A program made the translations under genes and the position numbers. From Patescibacteria group bacterium (GTDB taxonomy: Bacteria > Patescibacteriota > Patescibacteriia > PEXW01), in the NCBI GenBank assembly GCA_038065235.1, contig JBBTRK010000005.1:22389-86388 (forward strand): DNA of 64,000 nt, written 5' to 3'. Shown one piece after another: positions 58,191 through 64,000 of the stretch. A model generated the notes under the pieces. It ran no database searches, was not told the origin of the DNA, and was given only the letters and a program-made list of their open reading frames with translations. Positions within the stretch are counted from its first letter, which is position 1; each line of letters opens with the position of its first letter.

Positions 58191-58763
58191 ATGGCAGTTT
58201 TCCTCGGGGTCATTGTGGTCATAAGTCTCTTCGTCGCAGCGATTGCGCTGTGCACGGCGCTGGTTGGCTTTGGCGCATGGCTGCGGTGGCGCATTGCACT
58301 GCTGCCGCATATGCGCCAATCTTCCGACTTGCGTACGTGGTACAAGCGCGAGAAGGTGAAAGACGATGACCGCCGCAACATGCAGCGCATGGCATTCGGT
58401 ATGGTCTTCCTCATCGTGCAGGTTCCTTTTTTCATTTTCTTCGAGCAACGCACATGGCCATTCCGAACGGTGCTGCTCGGCCTTGGTGTCTACTTAGCAC
58501 TCCGGGGAGTGTACGGCCACTGGCTCGGTGGTCGAGCGCGGTTGGAGCGTCATGTCACAGAAAAAGCATCGACAGCACACCATGCATTTGATTTACTGAC
58601 GCCCGAGGAGGGTGCGCGCTCGAGAGAGATCATGATGCGGCTCTTCACCGCTGAGCGAATTATTCGCCTGGGCGGGTATACAATCTTGGGTGTAGGCTTC
58701 GTGGCAGCCTTAGTGTGGGACGCTGGGGCTGGTGGCGCCCTGCCTTCGCTCGTGCTACCGTAA
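58191..58763 (+). CDS. Hypothetical integral membrane protein.
   Basis: 4-5 TM helices. Confidence 0.5.
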   Translation: MAVFLGVIVVISLFVAAIALCTALVGFGAWLRWRIALLPHMRQSSDLRTWYKREKVKDDDRRNMQRMAFGMVFLIVQVPFFIFFEQRTWPFRTVLLGLGVYLALRGVYGHWLGGRARLERHVTEKASTAHHAFDLLTPEEGARSREIMMRLFTAERIIRLGGYTILGVGFVAALVWDAGAGGALPSLVLP

Positions 58764-58785
58764 CTATAGAAAGGAGACGGGGCGT

Positions 58786-59082
58786 ATGGGTTTTACCCCG
58801 ATTAAGTACACGCTAAACCGTAATATTCAATCCTCTGGCCTGCAGGATCAGGTTGACGGCGCTCGAGTCATTGAGCTCTTTTCTTCTATTGTGGCGGAGG
58901 TGATTGGCGAAGGTATTGCCCAGAAAGTGAAGGGCCTCTACCTGAAGAATCGGACACTCACCGTGTCGGTTCCATCCCCGGTCATCGGCCAAGAAATCAA
59001 ATTACACGAGAATGCGATTGTGGACGCGCTCAACAAGAAAATGGAGGTCGTGGTGGTCGAGCGGTTGAGGTTTTTGGCATGA
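58786..59082 (+). CDS. DUF721 (DciA/RemB-like) small protein.
   Basis: AAAGGAGA RBS. ARVIELFSSIV...LYLKNRTLTVSVPSPVIGQEI pattern. Confidence 0.45.
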   Translation: MGFTPIKYTLNRNIQSSGLQDQVDGARVIELFSSIVAEVIGEGIAQKVKGLYLKNRTLTVSVPSPVIGQEIKLHENAIVDALNKKMEVVVVERLRFLA

Positions 59083-59227
59083 TTGCCCCTCTCCCCAGCC
59101 CTCTCCCGCGAAGGGGAGAGGGAGATTTTTTATACCCTCTCCTCCAGCAGGAGAGGGTGGCCGAAGGCCGGGAGAGGAGGATTGCGAGAAATAATTCGAG
59201 TGGAAAAATGAGAAGAAATATGGTATA

Positions 59228-59656
59228 GTGAAGGTGTTCGCAGCACCTCATTTTTTATTCATGAGCCTGAAGAATTACCTCATACTCTTCGCCGTCGGTA
59301 CGTTGCTCTCGTGGGGGGCGTGGGCAATCGTCCTCACGCAAATGAACCCAGACGTGAACCGCGCAATGACCGTGACGGCCTTTGCCATGTCACTCGGTTT
59401 CGCCGTGGCTGGGACGTTCGCCCTGGCAGGATTTGGGGTGCGGGCGATGTTCGGCAAAGATCCCGTGCTCTTCCGCGTGTTGCGCACGTCCGTGCGGCAG
59501 GGCGTTGTGGTTGCTGTACTGCTAGAAGGCCTACTCGTCCTGCAAGCTATGCGCTGGTTCGCCTGGTGGAACGTCATGCCTTTGGTACTTTTCTTTATTT
59601 TACTCGAAGGCTTTTTCTTATCGCAGGAAGCATTGCGTGAACGCCAGACTCGATGA
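59228..59656 (+). CDS. Hypothetical membrane protein.
   Basis: 4 TM helices. Confidence 0.45.
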   Translation: MKVFAAPHFLFMSLKNYLILFAVGTLLSWGAWAIVLTQMNPDVNRAMTVTAFAMSLGFAVAGTFALAGFGVRAMFGKDPVLFRVLRTSVRQGVVVAVLLEGLLVLQAMRWFAWWNVMPLVLFFILLEGFFLSQEALRERQTR

Positions 59657-60669
59657 AATCTGCAATTGAACAGCTCCAAGCCGAAACCCTCGACGCCCTA
59701 CAGCACGTGCAAGACGTTGCTGCTGTGGATGCACTTGAAATTGCTGTCCTCGGTCGCAAAGGCAAGCTCGCGGCAATCCTCTCGCGCATTCCAACCTTGC
59801 CCCCTGCGGAGCGGGCTGGTATTGGCACGCTCGCGAATGAGGTAAAGCAAGCGTTGCAGCAGGCCTTCAACGATTGCCGGACGAAGTTTAGCGGCACCAG
59901 CGACCACAGCCACTTCGATCCCACGTGGCCGGGCGTGGCGCCGAGCATCGGCCACCTTCATCCGGTCACGGCGTTCGTCGAGAAAGCAGTGCAGTTCTTC
60001 ACTTCGTTGGGCTACGCCGTAGCGGACGGGCCAGAGGTAGAAACCGCAGTCTACAACTTCGACAAGCTCAACATTCCAGCGAATCACCCGGTCCGTGATT
60101 TGTGGGACACCTACTACCTCAACCCCGAACGTGAGGGGATACTACTGCGCACCCAAACATCGCCGGTTCAGTTGCGGTACATGGAAAAGCATCGGCCGCC
60201 AGCGTTTTTCGTTGCTCCGGGTCGGGTATACCGTCGCGAAGCTACGGATGCCAGTCATGACACCAACTTCACTCAGCTGGAAGGTTTAGCAATTGACCGC
60301 GACCTGCACATCACCGATCTCATTGGCACGCTCAAGGCGTTCATCACCCATACCTTCGGAAACGTGAAGATGCGCGTGCGACCAAGCTACTTCCCGTTCG
60401 TGGAGCCTGGTATTGAAGTCGACATGTCCTGCCTCATTTGCGCAGGCAAAGGCTGCTCGGTGTGCAAGCAGACGGGTTGGCTAGAAATGCTCGGCGCTGG
60501 CATGGTGCACCCCAAGGTGCTGACCAACATGAAAGTAGACCCCAAGAAGTTCTCGGGCTTCGCCTTTGGCATTGGCGTGGAGCGCATGGTTATGTTGCTG
60601 CACGGCATTCCCGAAGTTCGTTTGCTGTTGAGTGGTGACCAGAGATTTTTAGAACAATTTCACTACTAA
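59653..60669 (+). CDS. pheS: Phenylalanine--tRNA ligase alpha subunit.
   Basis: NHPVRDLWDTYY, FTQLEGL and the class II motifs. Confidence 0.95.
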   Translation: MKSAIEQLQAETLDALQHVQDVAAVDALEIAVLGRKGKLAAILSRIPTLPPAERAGIGTLANEVKQALQQAFNDCRTKFSGTSDHSHFDPTWPGVAPSIGHLHPVTAFVEKAVQFFTSLGYAVADGPEVETAVYNFDKLNIPANHPVRDLWDTYYLNPEREGILLRTQTSPVQLRYMEKHRPPAFFVAPGRVYRREATDASHDTNFTQLEGLAIDRDLHITDLIGTLKAFITHTFGNVKMRVRPSYFPFVEPGIEVDMSCLICAGKGCSVCKQTGWLEMLGAGMVHPKVLTNMKVDPKKFSGFAFGIGVERMVMLLHGIPEVRLLLSGDQRFLEQFHY

Positions 60670-60679
60670 CGAACTTCAT

Positions 60680-61165
60680 ATGGAAAAAGTGCATGAAGCA
60701 GTCGACGAGCCAGACGAAATTGAAGCGCGGATAGAGAAGCAAGGTGTGTACGATGAGACGCCGAATGAAGTTTTGAATAAAGAAAAGGAAGATGAGGTTG
60801 AAGTACAAGTCGAGCCGACCGCCGAAGATTTACAAGTCGAAGAGGAGATGAAGCTCACGGGCAGTGAGGAGAAATGGTTGCAAGATTTGAAGCTCCGCGT
60901 GAAAGAGTGGAAAGCAAGTAAATCCACCTACCCACACGATGCACAAGATGCCATGGGGAATATTCATGCGGAAGATTTTGACGGCGTGGATGTTCGGCTC
61001 TACCACGTTTTTCAGCAACTGCAGAAAAGTCCTAGCCCGTACTTCAAGCAACGGTTCGGTCGGCTGCTGCGCAAGCAGGTTCGCGATACCCAGAACAATA
61101 CCGAATCTACTGGCTACCAGCTGACGAAGATACTGGATGCACTCGCCAACGCTGAACAAGAATAA
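60680..61165 (+). CDS. Acidic hypothetical protein located between pheS and pheT.
   Basis: Glu-rich ORF. Confidence 0.45.
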   Translation: MEKVHEAVDEPDEIEARIEKQGVYDETPNEVLNKEKEDEVEVQVEPTAEDLQVEEEMKLTGSEEKWLQDLKLRVKEWKASKSTYPHDAQDAMGNIHAEDFDGVDVRLYHVFQQLQKSPSPYFKQRFGRLLRKQVRDTQNNTESTGYQLTKILDALANAEQE

Positions 61166-61168
61166 TTC

Positions 61169-63523
61169 ATGAAGCTCCCGCTCACCTGGCTCAAAGACTT
61201 CGTCACCGTCCGTACTAGCCCAGAGAAACTGGCGCAGCTGCTGACGTTGTCGGGATCGGAAGTGGAGAAAATTGAACGTGGGCCAGAGGTGAGCGGCATC
61301 ATCGTTGGTTTGGTAGAAGAGGTGAAGCAGCACCCGAACGCCGATCGTTTGAAAGTCTGTAAGGTTCGAGTTGAGCCAGATGGAGAGCTGCGGACAATCG
61401 TCTGCGGCGCGCCGAACGTTGCCGTTGGTCAGAAAGTTCCGGTTGCTTTGCCAGGCACGGTTTTGCCGAACGGCGTGGAGCTGGGGAAGGCGACGATTCG
61501 CGGGGTGGAATCCAGCGGCATGATTTGTGCAGCAGATGAGCTCGCCTTAGGCAACGACCACAGCGGTATCATTGTCCTCGATCCGAAAGCAGAAGTCGGC
61601 ACACCGGCAGCGAAGTGGCTGGGCGCGGCAGACACGACGTTCGACGTGAAGGTCACACCAAACCGCGGGGACTGCCTCTCCATTCGCGGCCTGGCCCGGG
61701 AAGTTGCCATCCTCACCAAGCAGAAGGTGAAAGTTGTCGAACCGATGCTTGTGGAGGGAAAATCACGCAACACCGTTAAAGTGAAAATCCAAGATACCAA
61801 AGGCTGCAGCCAGTACGTGGCGCGGCTCGTGGAAGGCATCACCATAAAGCCGTCGCCATTGGAAGTGCAGGAACGTCTGCGCAGCGTTGGGGTGCGCCCC
61901 ATCAACGCCGTGGTGGATGCAACCAACTACGTCATGTTGGAGCTCGGCCAACCCTTGCACGCATTCGATGCGGACACGGTGAAGCAGATTGTCGTCCGCA
62001 GCGCCAAGCCCAACGAGCAGCTCGTCACCTTGGATGGCGAGAAGCGCAATCTCCTAACGGCCGACCTCGTCATTGCAGACAAGCAGAAAGCTATTGCGCT
62101 GGCTGGCGTTATGGGCGGCCAAGCCACTGAAGTGAGCGAGCACACGACCCGCGTCATTATTGAGTCAGCACGCTTCGATCCCATCCGCGTGCGACTCACG
62201 GCGCAGCGTTTGCGTTTGCGCTCCGAAGCCTCGAGCCGGTTCGAGAAGGGGATAGACCCCAATCTCGCAATCGAAGCAGCTGACCGGTGCGCGGCGTACA
62301 TTGCGCAATGGGCAGACGGTGTCGTGGCGAAAGGCCGCATTGTCGCTGGGAAGAAACCATCAGCGCCAAAAGCCATCAGTCTACCGCTCGCAGAAGTGGA
62401 GCGACTCCTCGGCACACGCATTGCCGCAACCAAAGTGAAAGCGACACTCGTCAGCTTGGGGTGCCTCGTATCGGGTACGAAAACTGCGCTGCGCGTCATC
62501 CCGCCATCGTGGCGCTTGGATCTTTGTATTCCAGCAGACCTTGTAGAAGAGGTTGGTCGGCTCATGGACTACAACACCCTCACACCAACGTTGCCGCGAA
62601 TCCCGCAGCGATCACCCGAACCATCCAGCACGTTCACGTTCACCTCGACTGTTCGGCACCGCTTGGTGGCTGCTGGCCTTACCGAGACACCAACGTACAG
62701 CTTCTACAGCAAGCAGCTCGCGGCAGACTTCGATTTAGCCGACCAGCCGCACTCGGAACTCGCAAACCCGCTCAACCCCGACCAAGCGTTGCTGCGCCGC
62801 TCGCTCATGCCGCAGCTCCTCACCGTGGCAGGCAAGCAGAGTGCCACGCGCGATACGCTGCGCATCTTCGAAGTTGGCCGCGCGTTCTGGCCAGCGAACA
62901 AGACTATGCCCGAGGAGCGCACCATGCTGGGCATCGTGGACGTACGTAAAGTCGGCCTGCCCGCCAGCGCCTCGGCGCAGCCGTGGCAGGCGGGTGACCC
63001 CTTCCTTGCCGTGAAAGGCGTGGTGGAAGCACTGTGCCGAAGCCTCGGCTTGCATGACGTGCGCTACCACGGTTCAACCTCAACCGCAGCGCGCATCACC
63101 GTGGGCACGGAAGCCATTGGCATCATCGGCAGCGTGCGGCAGAAGTACGCTGACGCGGTGAAGCTGCGCAAGCCTGCAGCGTTCGCTGAGATCGACCTGT
63201 CGCTGCTCATGGAGCAGCCGCGACACGTGACGAAAGCACAGCCGCTTCCCGTCTACCCGTCGGTGGAGCGCGACCTCTCATTCGCCCTGCCCCACCCTGT
63301 AGCGCATGCCGAGCTCATACGGGAAGTGCGCAGCGTGGACCCGCTCGTGCTGAAGGTGCAGGGGATTGACCGGTTCAGCCTGCCCGGCGGCAAGGTGAGT
63401 ATCACCCTCCGCGTGACGTTCCAGAGCCCGGGAACCACGTTGACCAGCGATGACGTGCAAGGTATCGTAGAGAGGATCGCCCAGCGCATGGACGAGGTAT
63501 TCTCCGCTGAATTCCGCAGGTAA
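61169..63523 (+). CDS. pheT: Phenylalanine--tRNA ligase beta subunit.
   Basis: N-terminal tRNA-binding domain [12 protein letters not shown]. ~784 aa. Confidence 0.95.
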   Translation: MKLPLTWLKDFVTVRTSPEKLAQLLTLSGSEVEKIERGPEVSGIIVGLVEEVKQHPNADRLKVCKVRVEPDGELRTIVCGAPNVAVGQKVPVALPGTVLPNGVELGKATIRGVESSGMICAADELALGNDHSGIIVLDPKAEVGTPAAKWLGAADTTFDVKVTPNRGDCLSIRGLAREVAILTKQKVKVVEPMLVEGKSRNTVKVKIQDTKGCSQYVARLVEGITIKPSPLEVQERLRSVGVRPINAVVDATNYVMLELGQPLHAFDADTVKQIVVRSAKPNEQLVTLDGEKRNLLTADLVIADKQKAIALAGVMGGQATEVSEHTTRVIIESARFDPIRVRLTAQRLRLRSEASSRFEKGIDPNLAIEAADRCAAYIAQWADGVVAKGRIVAGKKPSAPKAISLPLAEVERLLGTRIAATKVKATLVSLGCLVSGTKTALRVIPPSWRLDLCIPADLVEEVGRLMDYNTLTPTLPRIPQRSPEPSSTFTFTSTVRHRLVAAGLTETPTYSFYSKQLAADFDLADQPHSELANPLNPDQALLRRSLMPQLLTVAGKQSATRDTLRIFEVGRAFWPANKTMPEERTMLGIVDVRKVGLPASASAQPWQAGDPFLAVKGVVEALCRSLGLHDVRYHGSTSTAARITVGTEAIGIIGSVRQKYADAVKLRKPAAFAEIDLSLLMEQPRHVTKAQPLPVYPSVERDLSFALPHPVAHAELIREVRSVDPLVLKVQGIDRFSLPGGKVSITLRVTFQSPGTTLTSDDVQGIVERIAQRMDEVFSAEFRR

Positions 63524-63537
63524 TTCCACCATTCCGT

Positions 63538-64000
63538 ATGCCGAAGAAAGCCGCCAGTTCCGAATACTCCGCCAAGCAAATTACCGTCCTCGAAGGCCTG
63601 GACCCGGTGCGCAAGCGCCCGGGTATGTACATTGGCAACACTGCCAGTGAGGGTTTGCATCACCTGGTGTGGGAGGTCGTGGACAACTCCATTGACGAAG
63701 CTATGGCTGGCCACGCCAAACGCATTGTAGTCACCATGCACTCTGGCAACCGCGTGTCTGTGGAAGATGATGGCCGCGGCATTCCGGTGGACATCCATAA
63801 GACCACGAAGAAGTCTGCCCTGGAAACCGTGCTCACCGTGCTCCACGCTGGCGGTAAGTTCGGCGAAGGCGGGTACAAAGTTTCTGGCGGCCTGCACGGC
63901 GTAGGTGTTTCCGTGGTCAATGCACTGTCCGTCTACGTAAAGGCTGAGGTGAAGCGCGACGGCAAGCTGTGGCAGCAGGAGTACACCCGCGGCAAAGCAC
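63538..64000 (+). CDS. gyrB: DNA gyrase subunit B, N-terminal part (3' end lies beyond the window).
   Basis: [24 protein letters not shown]...[15 protein letters not shown]. Confidence 0.95.
   Translation, partial: MPKKAASSEYSAKQITVLEGLDPVRKRPGMYIGNTASEGLHHLVWEVVDNSIDEAMAGHAKRIVVTMHSGNRVSVEDDGRGIPVDIHKTTKKSALETVLTVLHAGGKFGEGGYKVSGGLHGVGVSVVNALSVYVKAEVKRDGKLWQQEYTRGKA

Noticed and set aside
57759-58448. 229-aa minus-strand ORF.
   Set aside because: Its 5' half overlaps the well-formed membrane-protein gene at 58191. Its 3' half has no plausible start/RBS combination. The region is treated as non-coding or structured instead (see findings).

Overview
This 64-kb window is a GC-rich bacterial chromosome segment. 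Its gene content (ftsA-ftsZ, infC-rpmI-rplT, pheST, argS, smpB, gyrB start) together with many membrane-anchored surface proteins resembles a small-genome, CPR-like organism, but that taxonomic guess is unverified. The window opens with a possibly 5'-truncated giant Ig-like surface protein and two TSP3-repeat proteins. Next come ybeY, dgkA, ftsA and ftsZ. A vitamin-B12-centred block follows: two NrdR boxes inside a sigma70-like promoter, then nrdR, a class II (adenosylcobalamin-dependent) ribonucleotide reductase, a cob(I)alamin adenosyltransferase, and a cobalamin riboswitch driving a DUF4430 protein plus an ECF-type S component. After that come htrA, prfB with its programmed +1 frameshift, a split comEC, and a surface/glycosylation cluster (NHL-repeat protein, a YfhO-like protein, tRNA-Asp, a GT-C glycosyltransferase). 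The canonical infC(AUU start)-rpmI-rplT operon is present, as are a tmRNA next to smpB, argS, and MFS and ABC exporters. The most unusual region is a variable block at about 43.6-54.1 kb. It contains a 491-bp perfect direct repeat that duplicates a small 2-TM gene plus the first ~20 codons of a UvrD-like helicase-nuclease gene, bracketing about 5 kb of cargo. The cargo holds a HicB/HicA pair, several small hypothetical genes, and a conspicuously AT-rich two-gene cassette (a 2-TM protein plus a protein with an RNxxxH, HEPN-like motif). The region is littered with a GC-rich palindromic repeat family, and a related palindromic element sits in-frame inside the helicase gene.
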